From Candidatus Pacearchaeota archaeon (GTDB lineage: Archaea > Nanobdellota > Nanobdellia > Pacearchaeales > GW2011-AR1), in the NCBI GenBank assembly GCA_050124795.1, contig JASFEO010000001.1, forward strand, positions 43,703-107,702: a stretch of DNA of 64,000 nt. Reading direction: 5' to 3'. Below the pieces are notes generated by a model. It was not told where the DNA came from, did not search any database, and worked only from the letters and a program-made list of their open reading frames with translations. The translations under genes were made by a program, and so were the position numbers. This document shows, piece after piece, positions 48,477 to 56,975 of this stretch (position 1 is the first letter of the stretch; every line of letters begins with the position of its first letter).

Positions 48477-48773
48477 ATGAGAAAATTAAACACAGACATT
48501 ATCTTAAAAAAAATTGAAAAAGAAAAAGCAAAATTAAAGAAAAAAGGAGTTAAAAAAATCGGGCTTTTTGGTTCATATGCAAAAGACTCGCAAAAAAAAG
48601 ATAGTGATATAGATTTTTTAATTGAATTCAAAAAAATTGATTTTGACAGATACCTCTATATCCTGAACCTTTTGGAAAAAATATTCAAGAAGAAAATCGA
48701 CCTTGTAATTGAAAGCGATTTAAAACCAGAATTAAAATATGTAAAAAAAGAGGCTAAATATGTCAGAATATAA
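48477..48773 (+). CDS. MNT antitoxin
   Basis: LFGSYAK..SDIDFL. Confidence 0.88.
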   Translation: MRKLNTDIILKKIEKEKAKLKKKGVKKIGLFGSYAKDSQKKDSDIDFLIEFKKIDFDRYLYILNLLEKIFKKKIDLVIESDLKPELKYVKKEAKYVRI

Positions 48774-49092
48774 TCTTTATCTAAATGGTATTTTAAGGGC
48801 AATCCATAGAATTGAGAATTCTGTAAAAAATAAAGATTTTGAAAAATTTAAACAAGATGATATAATTGATGCAACTTCAATGAGACTTCAAATAATTGGA
48901 GAATCAATCAGAAAATTGGATGCAGGATTAAAAAGAAAATATAAATTAAATTGGGAGAAATATCTTCAAACAAGGAATATCATAAGTCATGCGTATTTTG
49001 CAGTTAATCCAAAAATTCTTTGGTCAATTATAAAAAAAGATATCCCAAAATTAAAAAAAGTCATTAAGAAAATTATTCAAAAAGAAAAATGA
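48760..49092 (+). CDS. HEPN/DUF86 toxin (HepT-like)
   Basis: LQIIGE, RNIISHAY (RX4HXY). Confidence 0.88.
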   Translation: MSEYNLYLNGILRAIHRIENSVKNKDFEKFKQDDIIDATSMRLQIIGESIRKLDAGLKRKYKLNWEKYLQTRNIISHAYFAVNPKILWSIIKKDIPKLKKVIKKIIQKEK

Positions 49093-49364
49093 AACCACTA
49101 AAACCTTCAATGAAAGAAAACAAAAGATACTTATTTGTTAAAGGGGAAAACCTAAAGCAAAATATTGAGAAATCTATTTTAGAATTTATTGGAATTTTAG
49201 GAATGTCAAAAACTTCTCTTAATTGGATTAAAACAAAAAAAGATTCTGCAATAATTTCTATAAACCGCGAGGCAGTTGATTTAGTCAGAGCAAGTTTTGC
49301 AGTTTATCCTGAAAAAATCTCAGTTGAAAAAGTAAGCGGGACTTTGAAAGGTCTTGGGGAGTGA
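49089..49364 (+). CDS. rnp2: RNase P protein Pop5/Rpp14
   Basis: PSMKENKRYL..G.LG..VSGTLKG. Confidence 0.82.
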   Translation: MKPLKPSMKENKRYLFVKGENLKQNIEKSILEFIGILGMSKTSLNWIKTKKDSAIISINREAVDLVRASFAVYPEKISVEKVSGTLKGLGE

Positions 49365-49365
49365 A

Positions 49366-49698
49366 TTAATAACCAAACCTTCTTTCATAATTTTTATGAT
49401 TAAAATATTCAATTATAATCGCAAGAGTTTCATGTTTATCTCCTGCAACAGAATAAACAAGTCTCCATGCTTTAGGCAATTTATACCAAAATAAATTATC
49501 AATCTCATATTTTTGAATATACTCTTTTGGGATCAATTCTTTTCTTATTCTTTCACCGCAAAAAACATTTTCTTTTAAATTTTCAATTGCCTTTTTAATT
49601 GCTTTTTTCAACCAATCATTTTCAGGCAAGGAATTAAATGATTCCTCAATTCTGTCACTCGCAAAAATCACTCCATCAGCCCTTTTAATTGGTCTCAT
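49366..49698 (-). CDS. RelE-like toxin
   Basis: LIPKEY..NLFWYKLPKAWRLVYS..HKNYERRF; paralog of 41189. Confidence 0.7.
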   Translation of the reverse strand: MRPIKRADGVIFASDRIEESFNSLPENDWLKKAIKKAIENLKENVFCGERIRKELIPKEYIQKYEIDNLFWYKLPKAWRLVYSVAGDKHETLAIIIEYFNHKNYERRFGY

Positions 49699-49702
49699 AA
49701 AA

Positions 49703-49984
49703 TTAATATCTTTTTTTGTTTAAGAATTTTTGCACTAATTTTGGATTCCAGATATAAATTATAAAATCGCCCTTATCAATTCCAATTTTATTATTTTCAT
49801 AAAGGTATTTAAGAATTACATTAAAAGTTCCCCACATTATTTTTTTCGGCAGATTATTAAATAAATCAGTCTTTCTAAATTCTCCACTGTGTTCCTTAAT
49901 AAATTCGTCGACCATTATAATAGTGTCAAGTCTGGGACTCCTTGTTATTATTTCTTTAATATTAAAATTAAGTTCTTTTTGCAT
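49703..49984 (-). CDS. Putative wHTH antitoxin
   Basis: Paralog of 40935; start set at MQKEL. Confidence 0.65.
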   Translation of the reverse strand: MQKELNFNIKEIITRSPRLDTIIMVDEFIKEHSGEFRKTDLFNNLPKKIMWGTFNVILKYLYENNKIGIDKGDFIIYIWNPKLVQKFLNKKRY

Positions 49985-49985
49985 T

Positions 49986-50017
49986 TTATCATCTGATAAT
50001 ATTATCAATTGATAATA
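49986..50017. promoter_or_regulatory. Operator array of alternating TTATCA/TGATAA half-sites
   Basis: Includes the perfect 18-bp palindrome TATTATCAATTGATAATA (50000-50017) between the TATA box and the ATG. Confidence 0.6.
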
Positions 50018-50045
50018 CTATTTAAGACTTTTGGTTTTAATTATC

Positions 50046-50201
50046 TTATTTCTTTTTCATCAATTCCCTCTGATTCAACCACATTAAAACAACTGCTCCA
50101 ATAATAAAAATCCAGTCAACTAAAAAACTTAAAATTAAAAATCCAATTGCAATTAATGAAAACAAAACAACTTTTTTATTTCTTATTTTTATTCTTCTCA
50201 T
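50046..50201 (-). CDS. 51-aa membrane protein (not in the ORF track)
   Basis: Translated by hand: MRRIKIRNKKVVLFSLIAIGFLILSFLVDWIFIIGAVVLMWLNQRELMKKK. Confidence 0.55.
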   Translation of the reverse strand: MRRIKIRNKKVVLFSLIAIGFLILSFLVDWIFIIGAVVLMWLNQRELMKKK

Positions 50202-50556
50202 CTTCTCTCTTCATTTTTAAAACTAAATTGTCTGCCCATTTTTTTCCTGCGTCCCCTCCCCACAAAAGCCATGCAATATAACCATTAGTTGGATTTTTTG
50301 GATTTGCCCAATCATGCTTTCTGTCTTTTTTATGACGCGAAAAATAATTATGCATTCTCTTAACTGTTCTCGGATTCAATTTATCTCCCTTTGACAAATT
50401 AACCGCCCTTGCAATTCCTGAACCAATCCCAAGTTTCCCTGCAATCTGCGTTGACAATCCACCTCTTTTAAATTTCTTTCTTAGTTCCAAACCCCGCTTT
50501 GCAGCATCCTGAACATTTTTAGGCGGAATAAAATTAATATCACCATACTTTTTCAT
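50176..50556 (-). CDS. Basic protein with an uncharacterised virus-associated-looking domain
   Basis: PP..V..AA.RGL, TVKRM..YFSRH, IAWLLWGGDAG..WA. Confidence 0.7.
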   Translation of the reverse strand: MKKYGDINFIPPKNVQDAAKRGLELRKKFKRGGLSTQIAGKLGIGSGIARAVNLSKGDKLNPRTVKRMHNYFSRHKKDRKHDWANPKNPTNGYIAWLLWGGDAGKKWADNLVLKMKREDEKNKNKK

Positions 50557-50630
50557 AAAAAATAAAAGAATTTTTTAGTTATAAATTTACCTATAAAAAA
50601 ATTTAAATACCAAATCCCTTTTTATAAATA

Positions 50631-51023
50631 ATGAAAAAGAGGTTTTCAGGAACTGTCCGTGTCTCGCAAAAATTTGTAACAGCACTCGCAGTTGTCAGCA
50701 TAATTGGTTTCTTAGGAATTATCATTTCAAGTTTTTTTGAATTTGATCCATCAGAATATTCTGAATCTTTTTTAATGTTAATCATCGGCGTCGGATTAAT
50801 ACTCGAAGCAAAAGTCAAAAAATTAAAATCACTAAAACGCGGAATCACTTCAAACAACATAACCCACTTAACAACAGTCATCATTGGTTTTATTGCAATC
50901 CTCGCAGGAATTTTCAGTTTCCCCATAATCAGAATTGTAAACCCCTCATTCCTGGCAATAAAAGGAATCATCAGCATAATCGCAATTGTAGTCATAATAA
51001 TCCAAACATGGATAATTGATTGA
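50631..51023 (+). CDS. Four-TM membrane protein
   Basis: Four hydrophobic helices; TATA-like TTTAAATA upstream. Confidence 0.7.
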   Translation: MKKRFSGTVRVSQKFVTALAVVSIIGFLGIIISSFFEFDPSEYSESFLMLIIGVGLILEAKVKKLKSLKRGITSNNITHLTTVIIGFIAILAGIFSFPIIRIVNPSFLAIKGIISIIAIVVIIIQTWIID

Positions 51024-51024
51024 A

Positions 51025-51636
51025 CTATCTTTTTATCTTGTTCCCATAAACTGTTTTTAAAAAATAATTGCATTCGTCGCAAAAATCAGCCCCTCTCCCA
51101 TCTACAACTGCGCGGATATATGCCCGATGACCCAATTTATTAGTCTCTCCTTTACTCATCGGGCAAAGTGCTCCTTTGGCACCAAAATAATAATCCGCAT
51201 GATCAGTTAAACCCAAGTTATGACCCATTTCATGAAGTGAAACTTTGAGAGTTCTCTGAACCAACAACTCATAATCACTCTGGGTCTCAATTCTCTCCGG
51301 ACTAAGCCTTCGTATTGAAACAACTGCAACATCATTTTCCGGATTCTTCCCTCCGATAATTGTATTATAAAACGCATCTTCATCTTTTGTTTTTAAATCT
51401 GCATCAGTAATTCCAAGAGTGTGCCCTCCGAATTCTGTATCCAAAATCCTTGTCAAAAAATATGCATCAATACTTTCTGTTACAGGAGTTTCAAAATGAC
51501 TTAAATCAATATCTCTGATTATTCCATCAAAAGAGTCAATTATCCGCTCCCCGATTTCTTTGAGGGTGGTATAAGACAAAACTTTTCCAAGACGAACAAG
51601 ATTTAATCTCGGTATATTTTCCAAACTTGAGACCAT
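51025..51636 (-). CDS. Archaemetzincin-like Zn metalloprotease
   Basis: LGITDADL, HEMGHNLGLTDH, CPM turn, FCDEC. Confidence 0.8.
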   Translation of the reverse strand: MVSSLENIPRLNLVRLGKVLSYTTLKEIGERIIDSFDGIIRDIDLSHFETPVTESIDAYFLTRILDTEFGGHTLGITDADLKTKDEDAFYNTIIGGKNPENDVAVVSIRRLSPERIETQSDYELLVQRTLKVSLHEMGHNLGLTDHADYYFGAKGALCPMSKGETNKLGHRAYIRAVVDGRGADFCDECNYFLKTVYGNKIKR

Positions 51637-51688
51637 TAAAATAAAAAGATAAAACACTTTTTATAAATTTGTATAATATAAAATTTAC

Positions 51689-51988
51689 TTAATCCCTGCA
51701 TCCCAAACACTCACACAGGCATTTGACCTCTTTTTTAACTATGTCTCCATCTTTTACAACATAAACTTTCTCTCCTCTAAACGAATGATTTGCCTCTGTA
51801 GAAAATCCGTCATTAACACAATCCCGCTGACATTCATATGTGCAGTTTTCTATTTTTGTGAATTCAAGCCTTGCATTGCAATTTATCTCCTTTAAATAAA
51901 ACAAAGAATATGTAAGCACCCCGACAAGAACAACAAATAACAAAAGTATCAAAATTCTTGTTATTATTCGAAGTGTTTTCGGTTTCAT
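51689..51988 (-). CDS. Small membrane-anchored Cys-rich protein
   Basis: N-terminal TM; C..EC..DC and CLCECLGC. Confidence 0.6.
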   Translation of the reverse strand: MKPKTLRIITRILILLLFVVLVGVLTYSLFYLKEINCNARLEFTKIENCTYECQRDCVNDGFSTEANHSFRGEKVYVVKDGDIVKKEVKCLCECLGCRD

Positions 51989-52077
51989 CTCTTTTAAATT
52001 AAAAGAAAATAATCTTTTTATACTTTATGAGTCCCCATTTCAATAATCTTTTTATAATCCAACTTTCTTTATTTTCC

Positions 52078-52905
52078 ATGTATAAAAAATACTTAATCAT
52101 TGCAAGCAAAAGCGATTTAGCAGGAGTTAACATTACAACACAATTAAGCCAATTCAGAAAAAACCCGCTTTTAACAGGAATGCAGGATAAACCAAATTTT
52201 GATTTTTATTTAAGAGATGAAGAAATAATTTCAGATGAAAATCTTGATTTAGAAAAAATAAATAATTATGATTTTATTATCTTTGCTTCAAAACACGAGT
52301 CAGTGAAAAAAGAAAAAACCCTGTCAGTTCACGCTTCTGGAAATTGGAGAAACGCTGACCTTGGAGGAGAGTCAAAAAAAATTTGCCCAACTTCCGCAAT
52401 ATTTGAAAAACAAATGTTCGAGACATTAAACGAAAATGCAAAAATACATAATTTGGATGACTATAATGTAACACTTGAATGCACCCATCACGGGCCGCTA
52501 ATTTCCAAGCCCTGCATTTTTATTGAAATAGGAGCAACTGAACATGAATGGCAAAATCGCCGGGCAGGTTTTGTTATTGCAAAAACAATTCGCGATGTAA
52601 TTGAAAATTTTAAACCAAATCCGTACAATGAAGTTGCAATTGCAATCGGTGGTCCGCATTATTGTCCTAACTTTAATAAAATCCAACTTAATTCAAATGT
52701 TGCAATTTCCCACGTAATCCCGCAATATGCTTTACCCTTAGACGAAGAAATGTTAAAACAGGCAATTGAAAAAACTACTGAAGAAGTTGACTTTGCAGTT
52801 CTCGACTGGAAAGGTTTGGGAAACTCTGAATCCCGCAAACAAATAATTTCCGTATTAGATAAACTTTATATTAGTTATAAAAAAACAGGGGAGATTAATA
52901 AATAG
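52078..52905 (+). CDS. dtdA: D-aminoacyl-tRNA deacylase (archaeal DTD2)
   Basis: SKH, LSVH..GN, ECTHHGP, FIEIG, GGPHY, DWK. Confidence 0.92.
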   Translation: MYKKYLIIASKSDLAGVNITTQLSQFRKNPLLTGMQDKPNFDFYLRDEEIISDENLDLEKINNYDFIIFASKHESVKKEKTLSVHASGNWRNADLGGESKKICPTSAIFEKQMFETLNENAKIHNLDDYNVTLECTHHGPLISKPCIFIEIGATEHEWQNRRAGFVIAKTIRDVIENFKPNPYNEVAIAIGGPHYCPNFNKIQLNSNVAISHVIPQYALPLDEEMLKQAIEKTTEEVDFAVLDWKGLGNSESRKQIISVLDKLYISYKKTGEINK

Positions 52906-52939
52906 TTAAATTTATTAGTTAAAGATTTTTCTCATACTT

Positions 52940-53530
52940 ATGGATAAAGAGTTGAATAAAAAAATTTCTGCACTTGACCCAAAGTTTCAGGAAAAAATAA
53001 CCAAGCTTTTTGAATCAATGCATGAATCAATTTCTATGCTTTACGAGGCTGCAACTCACGACGAGAAAACAGGGCTTTACAATAATAAATTCTTTGAAAA
53101 TATTTTAGACATGGAAATTGAAAAAGCAAAAAGAGGAAAACAAAAACTTTCATTAATAATGACGGACATTGATTTTTTCAAAAAAGTAAACGACACTTAC
53201 GGCCACATAAAAGCAGATGAACTTCTCGCAAGACTTGCAAAAGTAATAAAAAACCATTCAAGAATTTCTGATGTTGTTGCAAGATTCGGAGGAGAAGAAT
53301 TTGTAATTTTATTGCCTGAAACAAGTTTAAGAAAAGCAAAATGTTTTGCAAAACACTTAAAACAGGAAATTCATTCTGACAAAATTTTAAAAAAACATAA
53401 CATAACAGTTTCAGGCGGGATAACTGAATTTAAAAAATCTGATAATAAGAAAAAATTCAAAGCAAGAGCAGACAAAGCATTATATCAAGCAAAACACAAG
53501 GGCCGCGACCAATTTGTTTTTTTGAAATAA
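52940..53530 (+). CDS. GGDEF-domain diguanylate cyclase
   Basis: DEKTGLYN, DIDFFKKVNDTYGH, RISD I-site, RFGGEEF, ADKALYQAK..GR. Confidence 0.93.
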   Translation: MDKELNKKISALDPKFQEKITKLFESMHESISMLYEAATHDEKTGLYNNKFFENILDMEIEKAKRGKQKLSLIMTDIDFFKKVNDTYGHIKADELLARLAKVIKNHSRISDVVARFGGEEFVILLPETSLRKAKCFAKHLKQEIHSDKILKKHNITVSGGITEFKKSDNKKKFKARADKALYQAKHKGRDQFVFLK

Positions 53531-53558
53531 TTTTAAACATAAAATTTATATACTAAAA

Positions 53559-53864
53559 TTGAGGAATGAAAATATGGAAATAATCCCTTATGAAGAATTA
53601 AGTCCGGAAGAGAAATTGTATGCAGATTTAGCAGAGGCTTTTGAAAATCAAAAAAGAGAACCAAAAATTGCGAGAATTATCTGCGCCCCATTTGAATCAA
53701 TGGAACCTGGAATGCAGCCTCCAGCAAATCAGATTAAAGAAAGATTAAGAAAAGCAAGAAATTTTGGGGCAGAAATCCATCCATATTCTAAAATGAATCC
53801 CTCAAAATTAAGAAAATATTTTACTGTCTTGCAAAATTTTTATCGAGATAAATTAAATCAATAA
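53559..53864 (+). CDS. Hypothetical protein
   Basis: 101-aa ORF, no recognised motif. Confidence 0.5.
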   Translation: MRNENMEIIPYEELSPEEKLYADLAEAFENQKREPKIARIICAPFESMEPGMQPPANQIKERLRKARNFGAEIHPYSKMNPSKLRKYFTVLQNFYRDKLNQ

Positions 53865-53894
53865 TTATTTAACTACTATTTTTATAATTAGCCC

Positions 53895-54935
53895 ATGGGA
53901 TTAAGCATAAAAGATATTGTATCAAGAAAAGAAATTGAAATTGAAACTTTAAAAGACAAGACTGTTTGCGTTGATGCTTTTAATGTTTTGTATCAGTTTT
54001 TATCAACTATCCGGCAGGCTGACGGAACTCCGCTAATGGATGATGACAAAAAAATAACAAGTCACTTGTCTGGAATTTTTTACAGAAATATTGCCCTACT
54101 CAGCGAAGGAATAAAATTAATTTATGTTTTTGACGGCGAGGCGCCATTGTTAAAAGTCAGCACTCATGAAAAAAGGGAAAAAATTAGAGAACTTGCAAAA
54201 GAAAAATATGAGCGCGCGAAAAATGATGAAGATATTTCCGGGATGAGGAGATATTCAAGTCAGATTTTAAGGCTCAATGATGAGATGATTGAAGAAAGTA
54301 AAGAACTTCTTGAAGCAATGGGAATCGCAGTTGTTCAGGCGCCAAGCGAGGGCGAGGCAGAAGCTTCATATTTGACAAAAATAAATAAAGAAATTTTCGC
54401 AACTATTTCCCAGGATTATGATAGTTTATTATTCGGAACACCGAGATTAATTCAAAATTTAACTTTGGCCAGAAAAAGAAAAACTTTCTCAGGATATATC
54501 GAAGTAAAACCAGAAATTATTGAATTGGAGAAAGTTTTGAATTCTTTGGAAATAAATTTAGACCAATTAATTTGCCTTGGAATTTTAGTTGGAACAGATT
54601 ATAATCCAAAAGGCATTCCCGGAATTGGGCAAAAAAAAGCACTTGGCCTTGTAAAAAAATATAAGCATCCTTATTTAATTTTCAAAAGTGTCGAAGAACA
54701 AATTATGAGTTTGCCTGAAACTGACCAGTTTGACTGGAAAGAAATTTTTGAATTATTTCACAAGCCAAATGTCAAAGATGAAAAAATAATTTTTCCAAAA
54801 GTTGATGAAGAAAAGATAAAAGAAATTTTAGTTAAGAGGCATAACTTCTCAACAGAACGAGTTGAAAACCAATTAAAAAAATTAAAAGACTTAAAAGAAA
54901 AGCAAAAACAAAAAGGTTTGGATAAGTGGTTTTAA
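53895..54935 (+). CDS. fen: Flap endonuclease-1
   Basis: YQFLSTIRQ.DG, EGEAEA, SQDYD, GTDYN, C-terminal PIP box QKGLDKWF. Confidence 0.97.
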   Translation: MGLSIKDIVSRKEIEIETLKDKTVCVDAFNVLYQFLSTIRQADGTPLMDDDKKITSHLSGIFYRNIALLSEGIKLIYVFDGEAPLLKVSTHEKREKIRELAKEKYERAKNDEDISGMRRYSSQILRLNDEMIEESKELLEAMGIAVVQAPSEGEAEASYLTKINKEIFATISQDYDSLLFGTPRLIQNLTLARKRKTFSGYIEVKPEIIELEKVLNSLEINLDQLICLGILVGTDYNPKGIPGIGQKKALGLVKKYKHPYLIFKSVEEQIMSLPETDQFDWKEIFELFHKPNVKDEKIIFPKVDEEKIKEILVKRHNFSTERVENQLKKLKDLKEKQKQKGLDKWF

Positions 54936-54960
54936 AATTTTTTAAAGAATATTTTAAATT

Positions 54961-55071
54961 AAGACAAATGTCTTAATTATCTAAAGACAGGTGTCTTAAA
55001 ATGAAACAAAAAATTTATAAAGACAAATGTCTTAATTATCTAAAGACAGGTGTCTTAAAATGAAACAAAAA
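54961..55071 (+). repeat. Tandem 52-bp exact duplication (period 59) holding four AAGACA-NN-TGTCTT palindromes
   Basis: Copies at 54961-55012 and 55020-55071; palindromes start at 54961, 54984, 55020 and 55043. Confidence 0.9.
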
Positions 55072-55470
55072 TATAAGGAGATAATAACTGAGGTTATAGA
55101 TGAAGTAAATTCTGCATTAAGCGATTCAAAAGGAATTGTGTCCCATCAAAGAAGACTTGCCTTTTCATTGTCCCTTGGAGTTTCAACTTTAATTGAAATG
55201 TTTTTAGACAAGAAGCAGATTCTAAAATCAGGCGCAAAAATTAATCACCTTTGGCTAAAAAAGAAAAAAGAAAATGCAAAAGAAATAATCTCAAGACAAA
55301 TAATCTCCCCTATTGATTCTGTTGAAGAAATTGATGAATTGCTAAACTTAGCATACAAAATAGAAAACAAAAGAGACAACTTAGCTTACGGCAAAACTGT
55401 TTCTGAGAATGAACTAAAGAAAATAACTAACATTTTTCTTGATTTAAAAAACGAGGTTGAAAATGATTAA
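55060..55470 (+). CDS. HEPN-like helical protein
   Basis: All-helical with IENKRDNLAYG (RX4Y variant); coupled to the MNT gene. Confidence 0.55.
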   Translation: MKQKYKEIITEVIDEVNSALSDSKGIVSHQRRLAFSLSLGVSTLIEMFLDKKQILKSGAKINHLWLKKKKENAKEIISRQIISPIDSVEEIDELLNLAYKIENKRDNLAYGKTVSENELKKITNIFLDLKNEVEND

Positions 55471-56059
55471 ATCTTATGCAAGTTATTTTGTGTCATTTCT
55501 CCTTGACAATCTAGGTAATTTTTCAAACATAAAAAAGATAATTCTTTTTGGTTCTGCTGCAAAAGGAGAAGCAAAAAAACAAAGTGATGTAGACATATTT
55601 ATAGAAGTAAAAAAGAAAAATAAAACATTTGAAAAAGAAATTAATAAAATAAAACAGGATTTTTATAAAAGCCGTGAAGCTTTAATTTTCAAGGCAAAAA
55701 AAATCAACAATAAAATAAATATTATTGTCGGGAAATTAGATGAATGGCCTGATTTAAAAAAAAGTATTGAGAGCACAGGAATTGTTCTTTATGGAAATTA
55801 TATTTCTGAATCAAAAAAAGCAGGAAAGAAATATTCTGTTTTTTTCTGGGATAATATTAAAAAAAATCGTGGAGCATTCTTAAATAAAATTTATGGATTT
55901 AATTTAAAAGGAAAAAAATATCCCGGGCTTCTTGAAAAAATAAATGGAAAAAAATTAGGAAAAAGCAGCATAATGATTCCAATTGAAAACAGGGAAGAAA
56001 TTATAAAATTATTCAAACATTATAAAGTTAATGCAAAAGTTATTGAGGTTTATCTTTAA
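55463..56059 (+). CDS. MNT nucleotidyltransferase with an extra C-terminal ferredoxin-like domain
   Basis: ILFGSAAKG..SDVDIF; ~80-aa C-terminal alpha/beta extension. Confidence 0.8.
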   Translation: MIKSYASYFVSFLLDNLGNFSNIKKIILFGSAAKGEAKKQSDVDIFIEVKKKNKTFEKEINKIKQDFYKSREALIFKAKKINNKINIIVGKLDEWPDLKKSIESTGIVLYGNYISESKKAGKKYSVFFWDNIKKNRGAFLNKIYGFNLKGKKYPGLLEKINGKKLGKSSIMIPIENREEIIKLFKHYKVNAKVIEVYL

Positions 56060-56073
56060 ATAATTTTTTATTC

Positions 56074-56631
56074 CTATTTTGCTTTTTTCATTAACTTCTC
56101 AAGCCAGGTTTTTTGTTTCGGGAACACCTTATTAAGAACCCAGCCAATCACAATTAAAACTCCTCCTATAAATACCGAAAGAAATTTCTCATAAAAAAAT
56201 ATCACTCCGAAAACTGCTAATGTTATTCCAAAGCCAATGAATCCGTTTCCGCCCCATTTGATAACAGAATAAATAAAAATCCCTCCTAAAACTAATGGTG
56301 AAACTGCCAATAAAAATTCTTCTGAAATTCCTATTGAATAAAAAATATTTTCTAAATCAAAGCCTGACTTGTTTATCCCCCACGCAATAAAGAGGGCAAT
56401 GCAAAAAGCAACAATTCCTGCAACCTGTTTATTATCTTTAAACACCCTTGCCAAAGATAAATTAATTAATGCAAACGAAATAATAAAAGTAACTCCAAGG
56501 AGCATTGTCTCTGAATCAATTTCATTTAATAAATCACTTAAAGAAAAACCCCCGCCATAATAACTTCCATAATATGCACTAACAAAACTAAATGAGAAAA
56601 ATACAAATAAAAATATCATCCACTGTTTCAT
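56074..56631 (-). CDS. Multi-pass membrane protein
   Basis: About 6 hydrophobic segments; AGIVA....AW.IN.SG motif shared with 56976-58400. Confidence 0.7.
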   Translation of the reverse strand: MKQWMIFLFVFFSFSFVSAYYGSYYGGGFSLSDLLNEIDSETMLLGVTFIISFALINLSLARVFKDNKQVAGIVAFCIALFIAWGINKSGFDLENIFYSIGISEEFLLAVSPLVLGGIFIYSVIKWGGNGFIGFGITLAVFGVIFFYEKFLSVFIGGVLIVIGWVLNKVFPKQKTWLEKLMKKAK

Positions 56632-56975
56632 AAATAAGTCAGGAAAAAAGAATTTAAAAATTTATCTTATAGAGACTTTAATTTTCTTCAATATCTCCCC
56701 TTAATCCTGCCAAAACAGTAGATGTATAATCAAGCTCTAATTTTTTTGCTAAACGTTATGTATCTTTATAAGCTCTTCTGGATTTATCTACATCTCCAGA
56801 CTCAATAACTTTCTTAGTGTTCTGAACTGATTGTTCAAATATTTCTGTTTTTTCTACTAATTCCATCTTAAACACCTTAAAAATATCTGGCATACACTAA
56901 TATATAAATGTTTCGGTTTTATAACTACTCAAAAATAGTAATAAATTTGACGGGATTAACTGGTTAAAATTTATC

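Noticed and set aside
50603-51082. 159-aa minus-strand ORF and similar antisense ORFs (e.g. 16129-16509, 29362-29778, 26543-27034, 57040-57975)
   Set aside because: They lie opposite better-supported genes and have shadow-like composition
54961-55071. Possible mini-CRISPR array
   Set aside because: The intervening sequences are themselves duplicated and too short to be spacers; no cas operon
56677-56893. Small minus-strand frame with an internal TAA, suggesting recoding
   Set aside because: All conserved genes read normally with TAA as stop; more likely a decayed ORFan
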